Source: a virus. From it: 64,000 nucleotides of DNA. Positions 1 through 9,262 of this stretch are shown piece after piece. The position numbers and the translations under genes were made by a program. Position 1 is the first letter of the stretch, and each line of letters opens with the position of its first letter. The notes beneath the pieces were generated by a model. The model did no database searches and was not told where the DNA came from. It was given only the letters and a program-made list of their open reading frames with translations. The stretch lies in IMG/VR virus record IMGVR_UViG_3300026097_000011, positions 74,588 to 138,587 of that record; one strand, given 5' to 3'.

Positions 1-1107
1 TTCATCAATCACTTGATCTGTAAATACACGTGAAGTGAATATTTCTCTCCATGGAACTACATCTCCATTACACCTAAGGATAAAGTTACGAGCTGCCCCT
101 TTAGGTCTAAAGTAGAACTTCTCTCCATCTACTTCAAACTCAGAACAAGCTTCAGCTTCAGCACTGCTTAATTTTTTGAATTCTTTTTCTGTTAATTTAT
201 TTCCTCGTTCAACTCCACAGTTTTCCCAAGATAAGTAATCCTGCAATCCTACATACGGATTCATACCCTTGTGGAATGAAATATGAATTTCTATTTTTTC
301 AGGTTTAGCTAAACGATTCTTATCAGTTTCGCTTCTAACTTTTACTCCTGTTTTTTCCTTTCCAGTTTCTTTTGATGTATTATCATCATCTGCTCTTAAC
401 ACTCCCTTTGAAAGCATCATTACAACTGATGCGGAATATAGAGGACCCGATCCTCCGCTCATTGCCTTAGGAGAATATTGATCCATACTTGAGTATGTGT
501 GAGATGTGAAAATTAATGGAATTTTTAAGTTAGACAGCTTTAAAGTAAATGACTTAAACAATTGCCTAAGTTCCTTTGCTCTAAGACCCATGTCTTGTGC
601 GTTACTTCCTTTTGCTCTATCTTCAACTTCTTTATTTGTTTCAAGATGTGTAAGTGAATCGACGATTAGCATAATCTTAATATCTGGATTCTCTTCTTTC
701 ATCTTGATAATATCGTGGATATAAAACTTAACCTCTGATATTACCCCAATTCTAGTATAGCTCAATAGATCCATATTGATACCAAAATTAGAAAAATCTT
801 TTTTATCTAGGGCTCCCTCTGTATCTATATAGAAAACAGCATATCCCATCTCCTGTGCGTTTTTAATTGCATTTAGACAAAGGAACGTTTTACCGGTTCC
901 AGAATCTCCACCTATCCCTAAGCTTCTTGCATTTGGATATCCTCCTCTAAGTGATCCTGACATTTGAGCATTTAACAAATAATTCCCAGTTGGAATGAAT
1001 TCTGTAATGTCTGAGAATCCCATAAGGTCAACTCTTTTCTTGGTGGTCTTTTCTAGCTTGCTATTAAAGCTACTAAATGCCGAGATTAAATCTTTAGTAT
1101 TTGACAT
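1..1107 (-). CDS. uvsX: UvsX/RecA-like recombinase (3' end runs off the window; absent from the ORF track)
   Basis: Manual translation from ATG at 1107: MSNTKDLISAF...IPTGNYLLNAQMSG...GDSGTGKT (Walker A), YIDTEGALD, MLIVDSL (Walker B), DMGLRAK, SGGSGPLYSAS. The frame is open to position 1. Confidence 0.93.
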   Translation of the reverse strand, partial: MSNTKDLISAFSSFNSKLEKTTKKRVDLMGFSDITEFIPTGNYLLNAQMSGSLRGGYPNARSLGIGGDSGTGKTFLCLNAIKNAQEMGYAVFYIDTEGALDKKDFSNFGINMDLLSYTRIGVISEVKFYIHDIIKMKEENPDIKIMLIVDSLTHLETNKEVEDRAKGSNAQDMGLRAKELRQLFKSFTLKLSNLKIPLIFTSHTYSSMDQYSPKAMSGGSGPLYSASVVMMLSKGVLRADDDNTSKETGKEKTGVKVRSETDKNRLAKPEKIEIHISFHKGMNPYVGLQDYLSWENCGVERGNKLTEKEFKKLSSAEAEACSEFEVDGEKFYFRPKGAARNFILRCNGDVVPWREIFTSRVFTDQVIDE

Positions 1108-1129
1108 AGTATTCTTCTTTTTTAGTAAT

Positions 1130-1157
1130 ATTTTACTACGGAATACCCTAAAGTTTT
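1130..1157 (-). promoter_or_regulatory. Putative early/middle promoter AAAAC-N15-AGTAAAAT upstream of uvsX
   Basis: Matches a motif that recurs with 15-16 nt spacing upstream of at least 7 other non-structural genes. Confidence 0.6.
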
Positions 1158-1158
1158 G

Positions 1159-1710
1159 TTATTCTACATATGAAATTAGTAAAAGTGCAGCAGACATTGT
1201 TAATGAATCCTCAATGTCACCTTTTAGAATTCTTGTCAATTTTATTTTGTCAAGACTATATAGTTTATTATCCTTTTCCTCATCTGATAAATCAAGTGAA
1301 AATCCATTAAGATCCTTTGAATGATTATCTAAATTTAACCCATAGCATTTATAGGTTTTAGAGAAAGGTAAATTATGATTTATGTTTCCTAAAAAGTAAA
1401 GATCATTAACATCAGCGTCTACTCCTAGCTCTACATTAACTAATTCATGTAGTTCTTCAAATAGGGTATCTGTGTTTTCTTTGAAATCTGAAATAATGCA
1501 CGTATGTCCTTGGTCATTACTTAAATAATCAACATACCGTGCAAGATATACGTTTTTTATTTTTCCGTTTAATGTATCAAATGGAACTAAACATATTCCA
1601 TCTACATCACATATAACTCTTCTTAAATTAGTAGATCCATTTGAAATACTAACAATTCGATATTTTCCATCTTGGTATTCTTCTTTAGATTCAAAACTAT
1701 TTTTATTCAT
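1159..1710 (-). CDS. Hypothetical protein, NUDIX-fold-like with degenerate Nudix box
   Basis: Layout resembles ADP-ribose pyrophosphatases (GICLVPF...VYLARY...ELGVD...LYFLG...GDIEDSLTMSAALL), but the REUXEEXG motif is missing. Confidence 0.45.
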   Translation of the reverse strand: MNKNSFESKEEYQDGKYRIVSISNGSTNLRRVICDVDGICLVPFDTLNGKIKNVYLARYVDYLSNDQGHTCIISDFKENTDTLFEELHELVNVELGVDADVNDLYFLGNINHNLPFSKTYKCYGLNLDNHSKDLNGFSLDLSDEEKDNKLYSLDKIKLTRILKGDIEDSLTMSAALLLISYVE

Positions 1711-2428
1711 CTTTGATTTCGGTTAAATTTACCTCAGGTGTTTCTTCCTTTTTAGGTGCAGCTTTTTTAGGATCAAGCATTTTAGTTATTGATCCGCTTA
1801 CTACACTATTATTTATCATTGATGTTACGTAATTAGATAATTGATCTATGAATTCATTTTTGTCCTCAGCATTGTTATACATCATCTTTAAAAGTTTTTT
1901 ATCTGGCAATTTAATTTTGACTTTTATTAAGAGTTCAGTTTCATCTGAATTAAACATTTCGAACGGGTTTTGAACAGGAACATCATGTTTAGTTGGCTCA
2001 GTATTATTCAAAGGTTGGCCCGTTTTAGTATCAAAGTTAGCAGGAGGAATATTTGTATCTGCCACTTTTTTCTCTGGAATAACTTCTCCATTCGCTAGCT
2101 TTGTTTCAGGTATAACGTCTACTTTTTTAGGAGCATGTATTGCATTAACTTCATCTATCGTAAGTGGAGGAATATCTCCATGTATCATCATAAGTTTATT
2201 ATTAAGATCTTTTACATGGACCTTTGATCCATCGTCAAATACAGCTGTTCCATCAGGTCTTATATCTCTAACCTTAACTAATTTTCCTTTTAGTTCAAGT
2301 CGATCAGTTTTAATCCACTGGAACTGTTGACCTGCGAAATTTTGTTGATAACTAATTAATTGTTCTTCTGATAGCATATCTTTTTTATTTTTTTGTAGTA
2401 TCGATTGTGCCCATTTTCTTAAACTCAT
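1703..2428 (-). CDS. Hypothetical protein
   Basis: 241-aa ORF overlapping the next gene by 8 nt, operon-like. Confidence 0.75.
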   Translation of the reverse strand: MSLRKWAQSILQKNKKDMLSEEQLISYQQNFAGQQFQWIKTDRLELKGKLVKVRDIRPDGTAVFDDGSKVHVKDLNNKLMMIHGDIPPLTIDEVNAIHAPKKVDVIPETKLANGEVIPEKKVADTNIPPANFDTKTGQPLNNTEPTKHDVPVQNPFEMFNSDETELLIKVKIKLPDKKLLKMMYNNAEDKNEFIDQLSNYVTSMINNSVVSGSITKMLDPKKAAPKKEETPEVNLTEIKDE

Positions 2429-2494
2429 ATTTATAGGTATTTTTAAATGTAGTAGAAGATACCCACTTAATATTTTCTATAATCACACTATACA

Positions 2495-3931
2495 TCACTT
2501 TCTATTAAATTTTAAATCTTTTATTTCCTCTTGTGCTTCTATCCTAGCATTATATAATCTTTCTAATATAACTCTTGCTACTGAATCTTTTTGACTATCA
2601 AATAGGGTATTATTTTTAGTTGTAATTTCAGTACCGTTTGTTTTAACCATTCCTATTTTTCCAAGATATGCAGACGGACAACAATTAAATTGCATTTGAA
2701 TATTAGGGTACATAGATTTAAAATCATAACACGATACAAATTTATAATATCCAGGAACTGGCGGCATTACATATGCCCCAGCATACGTTGAATCTTCTTC
2801 ATCGGAATTACTTTGATATCCTTTCTTAAGCATTTTAAGATTTGAATTCAAAAACTGACGACACATTAATACTTCAGTAATATGAACTGGGCTAAATACT
2901 TTATTCACTTCAATTTCTGCTACATTTGCTGTAGAAAACGCAACTTCAAGTAATCCAAATTTATCTTCTAATAACTTCACTAGAATATTATCAATAATGT
3001 TGTATAAAGTAAATAAGTAGACATCTTGTTGAAATTCTCTAAAGCTTTTATATGGATGTTTTAACTTAGAAGTATTTAATGCCTTTGATGCAATATAATC
3101 AAGAGTATAATTTTCAACTACTTTATATGGCTTATATCCTGGATCAATAAATAGTTGCATATAATCCACAATTCCCATATGAGTTGGTAATTTGTGTCTT
3201 TTTGAGAAGGTTTTTCTAGAAGTCATATTCTTAAGTGAATCAACTCCAATTTTAGAAGTTCTATTCATTAGATACTGCCAATCAAAATCTACAACATTCC
3301 ATCCTGTTAGAAATGGTTGTCTAGGGGCAATTTGGTGAAAATAAAATTCTAGAAGCTCTTTTTCACTATTAAAAAACTTATGCTTGATTGTGAAATCCTG
3401 ATCTAGTATTTTTCTATCTTTAGGATCATGTGGAATTGTATTTTTGAAGTAATCATTTACTTCGACTTCCATTCTTTTGATATCATCGTCACTTAGTCCA
3501 TTTGGATGTTCTTTAGAATCCATGATTGATAATACATAATTAACACCATCTTCATTACAAAAAGAAATCATGCCAACTGGCATTTTAACCTCTTCTGGTT
3601 TTGGAAACTCATCACTTGTTAATTTAATCTCTATATCGATATAGTCCTTTTTTGGAAAATTTTCAAAATTATAGATTAGTGCTTTTTCTTGCGGAGTTAA
3701 CTTATCAATAATGAGTTCCTCTAGTCTAGTTCGAGTTAACCATTTTGGATCAGATGATTCTTGTTTAATAAAAGTACCGTCCCAGTTTTTATACTGGGAC
3801 GGGCGGTTATGTTCCACCCAATTAAATATTTCGTGTTCTGCTAGTCTCTTTCTAATATATGCTATTTTTCCATCAGCATCATAATATGAGATCATTAAAT
3901 CACGTTCTTGTACTTCTACACCAATTATCAT
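2495..3931 (-). CDS. Family B DNA polymerase, N-terminal subunit (3'-5' exonuclease plus motif A; gp43A-like)
   Basis: ExoI DIE, ExoII GWNVVDFD, ExoIII YNIID, then YAGAYV..P and motif A YDFKSMYPNI. Ends after the first fingers helix and lacks KxxxNSxYG and YGDTDS. Confidence 0.9.
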   Translation of the reverse strand: MIIGVEVQERDLMISYYDADGKIAYIRKRLAEHEIFNWVEHNRPSQYKNWDGTFIKQESSDPKWLTRTRLEELIIDKLTPQEKALIYNFENFPKKDYIDIEIKLTSDEFPKPEEVKMPVGMISFCNEDGVNYVLSIMDSKEHPNGLSDDDIKRMEVEVNDYFKNTIPHDPKDRKILDQDFTIKHKFFNSEKELLEFYFHQIAPRQPFLTGWNVVDFDWQYLMNRTSKIGVDSLKNMTSRKTFSKRHKLPTHMGIVDYMQLFIDPGYKPYKVVENYTLDYIASKALNTSKLKHPYKSFREFQQDVYLFTLYNIIDNILVKLLEDKFGLLEVAFSTANVAEIEVNKVFSPVHITEVLMCRQFLNSNLKMLKKGYQSNSDEEDSTYAGAYVMPPVPGYYKFVSCYDFKSMYPNIQMQFNCCPSAYLGKIGMVKTNGTEITTKNNTLFDSQKDSVARVILERLYNARIEAQEEIKDLKFNRK

Positions 3932-3934
3932 ATA

Positions 3935-4183
3935 TTAAAAATTAGGAATGAACATTTCATTTACATGACCACATGATGCGCACGCAACTACTGGAATTGG
4001 TGTAATTGTATCGCGATCTGCTCCAGTTAAAAACTTAGATACTTTTTTCATCATCATTGCTTCTATGAATACTTTACCTTCGCATTTTTCACACTTAACA
4101 TCTTTTGCATCTTTTAAATGAGCATTGGGTCCATGTGTTTGTGCTCCTTCTCCTTTGTTTGGATTATCTCCTTCTATGTGCAT
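3935..4183 (-). CDS. Small zinc-ribbon protein
   Basis: CEKC...CASCGH; immediately upstream of the polymerase gene. Confidence 0.75.
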   Translation of the reverse strand: MHIEGDNPNKGEGAQTHGPNAHLKDAKDVKCEKCEGKVFIEAMMMKKVSKFLTGADRDTITPIPVVACASCGHVNEMFIPNF

Positions 4184-4303
4184 ATTAATTATTTTTTAGT
4201 TATTGTAAACTTATTTGTTAATCAATTAGTTTATTATACTGTGGTATGACTGCTCGGATCTTCAAATTTAGATATTTTTTAGGTTTATTATAGATTGTAT
4301 TGA

Positions 4304-4311
4304 ATAAATAA
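4304..4311 (+). promoter_or_regulatory. T4-type late promoter (ATAAATAA)
   Basis: Similar to T4 TATAAATA; lies about 20 nt before the sheath gene and recurs before most virion genes. Confidence 0.7.
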
Positions 4312-4329
4312 TAAAAAATATCTTTGAAA

Positions 4330-7284
4330 ATGGCCGAAAGAAGGATCAATTTAAATAATTACAAGGCAAGTGGTGTATATACCATAGAAGTAGATGAGAG
4401 TGCAAATATAGCACTTCCATTAACATCAGGGAGACTTGTAGTAGGTTCAAGTAGAATTGGACCATTCAACACAATCGTTTTAATTAACGACTTAAGAACA
4501 TTAAAAGCAGTATTTGGAGAAATAGACCCGAAACTAGAAAAAGCAGGAGGATATTTCCACAGATCAATCGAAGTAGCGCTTAGAGAAGGTCCAGTGTTTG
4601 CATTGAATGTATTACCACTAGATACTGAAACAGACATTGATTTAAACCTAGATCAAGCTACTTTTACAACGTTTAACACAGAATCATCTGCAAATAACGA
4701 GGATGGAAATCCTTTAACTAACCCAATTGTTAATTTCTTTAACAAGAGAAGATTATGGTTTGCTGATGCAGAAGAACTTAATAAAACTAAAAACCTAGCA
4801 ACAGGTGATGATTTTATATCTAATCCAGGTGGATTTGGAAATACATCAATATCATCTAATAAACTATTATCGTTTGTTAACACAGGAAAAGCCAATACAA
4901 CAATATGGGTTAGAAGAGCAGCTACTACTGGTTTTGATATCACGGCCAAAGAATGGTATAATACTATCGGTGGTGGAGAAGAAATTCAATTCCCAGCATA
5001 TGTAAGTGATGATGATTTTATATCAGATTACATGGTTGAGGTAATTATGATTAATGGAAATTGGACAAACTATTTAAAGTTATCTAAAGATCCAATTTAC
5101 AAACAATTCTTTGATGCATCCGGATTAATTGATTCAAGATCATCAGATTTCTTTGCATTGAGAGAGGTTTCAGTTATCAGTAGAACAATTGGATGTTTAA
5201 TCCCTGATTTTATCGATCAAACTGGAAACTCAATTTCAATAGATAGATTAGTTAATAGACTGTTTCCAACTACTGGAATTATGTGTGCTATTGACTCAGA
5301 CAAATTAGATTTAATTGATCTTGAAAATACATCATTTAACGATGTTGAAGTAGATACACATAGAATTGATACAATTGGACATGGTTACGATGAATTAATG
5401 TATACAGCGGATGATGGAGGGTTTGATTACACAGGAGCAGTTACACCTGCAACTCCACTAATTGACACATTGTCATACTGTAAACCGGCAGATGGAACAT
5501 TAATATTTTCAGCTGAGTCAGCTAATACTATTGCAGAGTCAGTGTTCTTAGCCGGAACTGGAATTGCATTAGGAGAAACTAGGGTAATTACAGGAGGTAC
5601 TAATGTATATATGATCGGAATGGCTGATTCTAAAATATATGATGCATATGCTAAAGGATTTATCAGAAATGGTGATATTATCAATGACGGTATTAACCAG
5701 TACTATTTAAAAATTGAAGATGAATTAACTGTAACAGTTGGTCCATTGGAATTGAATTACATTAGAATTTTTGCATATGCTGATATTTCATTAATTAACA
5801 GAGTGGATATTAACTTCTATACAAACGGAACAGATGAGTATATACAAATCGAGCCTGAAAATTCTGATGAATTTAAAAAAGTATTTGATTTAACAGATAC
5901 TAATTTCTTCACAGATTATTCAGTTACTCAACCAAATGTTATTACACTTGGGATTAATACATCAAATATAGCTAATAAAGCAACAATTGATGAATTCCTT
6001 AAAGTAAACCACTATATTAAGGGTAAAGTTATTGGAGATACTAGAGATAGACTATTGAAGATTATATCAGTGACATCGTCACAACAATTATCTCCTGCTA
6101 GATTAGAATATGTTGTAACTACAATGGCACCATCAGTTGATGAGATCAGCGGAATTGATGCTACTGGAAATAACCTTAATGTATATAAAGGAATTTCAAA
6201 CTTTATTGGGGAACTTAGAGGTCAGTATTTAAAAGGATTTAAGGTTAGAGAGGCATTATTGCCAAACTCAACTGCAGCTAGACAATCTGAAATATTAAGT
6301 TACTTATTTGACTTTACATCAATTCCGCAAGCACTAGCTGGAAAAGAGGTAATTGATTTTAGATACGTTGTAGATACATACGAGGGAGAAATATCTTCTT
6401 CTAGTAAGTATTACTTATCTAAGATTTGTGCAATGCACGGTCAATCTATGGCACTTTTAAATGCACCTTCAATTAAACAATTTGAGCAATCAGTAGATCC
6501 GAGTTTTATTGATACTACTAATAAGTTGGTATCAACTAGGCACATTTCAACTGGGGGAAATTTGAGTCTTAATCCTAGCTTTACATTTGATTTTGCTGAA
6601 GAGGATGTAAATGGGGTTCCATTATCATCTTATTCAATGTTTAACTTCCCTAACTTAATTATAAGAAACGGAAATAGAAATATATCAGTACCACCAGCAG
6701 CATACATATCTAACTTATACGTTAGAAAATTCAGAAATGGTCAACCATTCTTGATTGTAGCCGGTGGAAAAAGAGGAGTTATTACAGATCCAGAATTAGT
6801 TGGAGTTGAATACGAACTTACCGATGAGGATAGAGCATTCTTAGAGCCAATTGGACATAACTTAATAGTTAAAAGAAGAGGATTTGGAACTTTATTGTTC
6901 TCGAATAACACGGCTTATCAAAGAATTAACTCAGCACTTAATAATGCTCACGTTAGAGATAACCTTTCTACAATTGAAAGAGACTTAGCTAGAATCTTAT
7001 TCAACTTCTTGTTTGATTTCAATGATGAAATTACAAGACTTAGAGTTAAGACAATAGTTGAAAACTATCTAGACGCAGTAGTTAGTGCAAGAGGATTAAG
7101 TTCTTATGACGTTATATTCGATAAGAGTAATAATGGTGATGAGGTAATTGAAAACAATGCAGCAATTATCGATGTATTGGTTGATTTCCCAAGAGGAATT
7201 CATAAATTCATTAATAGAATTACAATTACTAGAGTTGGTGGAGGATTAAGTTCAGAATCTACAGGATTTACACCAAGTTTCTAA
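4330..7284 (+). CDS. Contractile tail sheath protein (T4 gp18-like)
   Basis: N-terminal SGVYTIEVDES...GPFN...FGE, and C-terminal sheath motifs VPPAAY, AGGKRG, NAHVR, FDFNDEITR, VIFDKSNN. ATG 4330 is preferred over TTG 4324. Confidence 0.92.
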   Translation: MAERRINLNNYKASGVYTIEVDESANIALPLTSGRLVVGSSRIGPFNTIVLINDLRTLKAVFGEIDPKLEKAGGYFHRSIEVALREGPVFALNVLPLDTETDIDLNLDQATFTTFNTESSANNEDGNPLTNPIVNFFNKRRLWFADAEELNKTKNLATGDDFISNPGGFGNTSISSNKLLSFVNTGKANTTIWVRRAATTGFDITAKEWYNTIGGGEEIQFPAYVSDDDFISDYMVEVIMINGNWTNYLKLSKDPIYKQFFDASGLIDSRSSDFFALREVSVISRTIGCLIPDFIDQTGNSISIDRLVNRLFPTTGIMCAIDSDKLDLIDLENTSFNDVEVDTHRIDTIGHGYDELMYTADDGGFDYTGAVTPATPLIDTLSYCKPADGTLIFSAESANTIAESVFLAGTGIALGETRVITGGTNVYMIGMADSKIYDAYAKGFIRNGDIINDGINQYYLKIEDELTVTVGPLELNYIRIFAYADISLINRVDINFYTNGTDEYIQIEPENSDEFKKVFDLTDTNFFTDYSVTQPNVITLGINTSNIANKATIDEFLKVNHYIKGKVIGDTRDRLLKIISVTSSQQLSPARLEYVVTTMAPSVDEISGIDATGNNLNVYKGISNFIGELRGQYLKGFKVREALLPNSTAARQSEILSYLFDFTSIPQALAGKEVIDFRYVVDTYEGEISSSSKYYLSKICAMHGQSMALLNAPSIKQFEQSVDPSFIDTTNKLVSTRHISTGGNLSLNPSFTFDFAEEDVNGVPLSSYSMFNFPNLIIRNGNRNISVPPAAYISNLYVRKFRNGQPFLIVAGGKRGVITDPELVGVEYELTDEDRAFLEPIGHNLIVKRRGFGTLLFSNNTAYQRINSALNNAHVRDNLSTIERDLARILFNFLFDFNDEITRLRVKTIVENYLDAVVSARGLSSYDVIFDKSNNGDEVIENNAAIIDVLVDFPRGIHKFINRITITRVGGGLSSESTGFTPSF

Positions 7285-7307
7285 TTTAAAGATTCAAGTA
7301 TATAAAG

Positions 7308-7337
7308 AAAAAGCCTAATCGAAAGATTAGGCTTTTT
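7308..7337. terminator. Bidirectional intrinsic terminator
   Basis: AAAAAGCCTAATC-GAAA-GATTAGGCTTTTT between the convergent sheath and groES genes. Confidence 0.85.
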
Positions 7338-7469
7338 AGCTATTATAAGAGGCCTATGGTGGTTCCCGCGGATAGCCATTACCATACTAACTACCTTCGA
7401 GTGTATTTCTACACTATTCTATTTTATTCACGTGGACATTACTCCTCAACCTTTTACGCATTATAATAT

Positions 7470-7769
7470 CTATTCATATTCGTCAAGTTCGATATCAGTG
7501 ATATCATCAAGAACTGCCATGATTTCATTTGACATAATCATGTAGTGTTTTTCACCTTTATATTTAAGTTCTGCTCCAGCAAATCTATTACATAGAACTA
7601 AATCTCCAGGTTTTACTGCCATTTCATTGTGGTGTGTTCCATCTCCACAAGCAATAACAGTACCGATATTTGGTCGCTTAACTGCTTTTTCAGGAAGCAT
7701 AATTCCACTCTCGGTTTTTGTTTCTTTTTCGTTCGGTTTTATTAAAACTCTTTCGTATAATGGTTTCAT
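7470..7769 (-). CDS. groES: Co-chaperonin GroES
   Basis: MKPLYERVLIKP...TESGIMLP...GTVIACGDG...VKPGDLVL...IMAV. Confidence 0.96.
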   Translation of the reverse strand: MKPLYERVLIKPNEKETKTESGIMLPEKAVKRPNIGTVIACGDGTHHNEMAVKPGDLVLCNRFAGAELKYKGEKHYMIMSNEIMAVLDDITDIELDEYE

Positions 7770-8908
7770 ATTATTGAAGGATTATTTTTTAAATTAGTAA
7801 AATTTTTAAAGCTGAATTTTGTAAACTCAGATCTCTTAATATTAGCTTTGAGACTATCCTGGATCACACTTGGGAACAGTTTACTTGAGAGTCTAATGAT
7901 TCTAGTATTAAACAAAAAGTGTTTTCTAATGTCTCTTAATTGATCAATCTCAGATACCTTATTAAGCATGCTAATATGTTTAACTACGAAATTAATAAAG
8001 GTTTCATCTAGTGCATCTAATAAATCAATTGATTTTGTACCGAATTCATCTGATATGATCTCGATCAATTTTTTAGTCTTAGTAGGTGTCATTTTATCCA
8101 TTTTAGGAATATTATCCTTTTTATCTCCTCTAAATATTTTAGTGAAGACGTCAACTACTGGATCTATTACATACTCGACATAATCTTTATTTTTAAAAGC
8201 GTCTATTGTTTGAACGATTGTAGATTCAGCGAAATGAGATTCGTTCAATGAAAAGAAATTATCCTCTTCATCTTCTGCAAAATCAGAATTAAGTTCCATA
8301 GGAACACATATTTTTTTATGCTTACGTTGTTGCTTTGGATAAATCACAATTACATTCTTTCTAGCGGAATATGTAAGTTGAGCGATATCTCCGTCTACAG
8401 TATAAACCATAACGTCTGTGTTTAACATTTCACATAGATATGCAATTATGTCATCTCCTTCAGTTTCAGGTATTCTGTAATAATTTACTCCGGTCTCTCT
8501 TATAATAATTGGCGCAATTTCATTTTGAAAATAATCAAAAAATAGATAAATCTTATTATCCTTTTTTCTATTGCCTTTATATACGAATTCATCAGGCGAT
8601 GCGGATGAATCTCCAGAAGATCCACTATCGAAATACTTTTGAATAAAGTCCTTTCTCCAGCTCCTAGAATCAAATGCTAAATGCACCCGTCCGATCCTTT
8701 TACCAGCGGGTGCAATTAGTGAGTAGAAATAATTTAAGCAGAAATTTCTAAACTGCAATTTAACTTGGTCCTTTATAATAAATTCGCCGTCATTTAAAAC
8801 GTCTTCAACATAATATTGAGCTCCTATTGTTTTATCTCTAAAAGCAATATTTCTCGATACACTAATTGCTACATTTAAATAAGCATTTCCATCTATTACA
8901 AAGTCCAT
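7766..8908 (-). CDS. rnh: 5'-3' exonuclease / T4 RNase H-like (FEN/PIN fold)
   Basis: IDGN, AFDSRSWRK, YKGNRK, EGDDIIA, DGDIAQL, GDKKDNIP. Confidence 0.88.
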   Translation of the reverse strand: MDFVIDGNAYLNVAISVSRNIAFRDKTIGAQYYVEDVLNDGEFIIKDQVKLQFRNFCLNYFYSLIAPAGKRIGRVHLAFDSRSWRKDFIQKYFDSGSSGDSSASPDEFVYKGNRKKDNKIYLFFDYFQNEIAPIIIRETGVNYYRIPETEGDDIIAYLCEMLNTDVMVYTVDGDIAQLTYSARKNVIVIYPKQQRKHKKICVPMELNSDFAEDEEDNFFSLNESHFAESTIVQTIDAFKNKDYVEYVIDPVVDVFTKIFRGDKKDNIPKMDKMTPTKTKKLIEIISDEFGTKSIDLLDALDETFINFVVKHISMLNKVSEIDQLRDIRKHFLFNTRIIRLSSKLFPSVIQDSLKANIKRSEFTKFSFKNFTNLKNNPSII

Positions 8909-8918
8909 ATTGTGTCAT

Positions 8919-9236
8919 TTACGATTTAGAATCTTCTGATACAACTGGATCTGAATCAACAGAAGCAGCTTGATTTGAACTTCTTTTAATTGTCTTAATT
9001 GCTTTAGCAACTAGCTCTGACTCATCTAGATTATATGATCCTTTAGCCTGTGCATAGTTTGCGCTTGCAATAAGAACAAACAACGCTTGATTTACATCTA
9101 ATTTAGACAAGAAGTTTTCATAATCCTCGTCTTTCGTATAGGAAATAGTTCCTAATAGGACATTCTTTTGTTCTTGTTCTTGCTCAGTTGTTTTTTGTGC
9201 AGTTGATTTAGCTGCTTCTTTTTTCTTTGGTTCCAT
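8919..9236 (-). CDS. Hypothetical protein
   Basis: 105-aa ORF in an operon between SSB and RNase H. Confidence 0.75.
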   Translation of the reverse strand: MEPKKKEAAKSTAQKTTEQEQEQKNVLLGTISYTKDEDYENFLSKLDVNQALFVLIASANYAQAKGSYNLDESELVAKAIKTIKRSSNQAASVDSDPVVSEDSKS

Positions 9237-9262
9237 ATTAATATGATTTATTTTTAATTATA

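Noticed and set aside
506-1324. Plus-strand ORFs 506-724 and 995-1324
   Set aside because: Antisense shadows of uvsX and its upstream gene. The same applies to the many short opposite-strand ORFs inside the sheath, nrdJ, groEL and structural genes.
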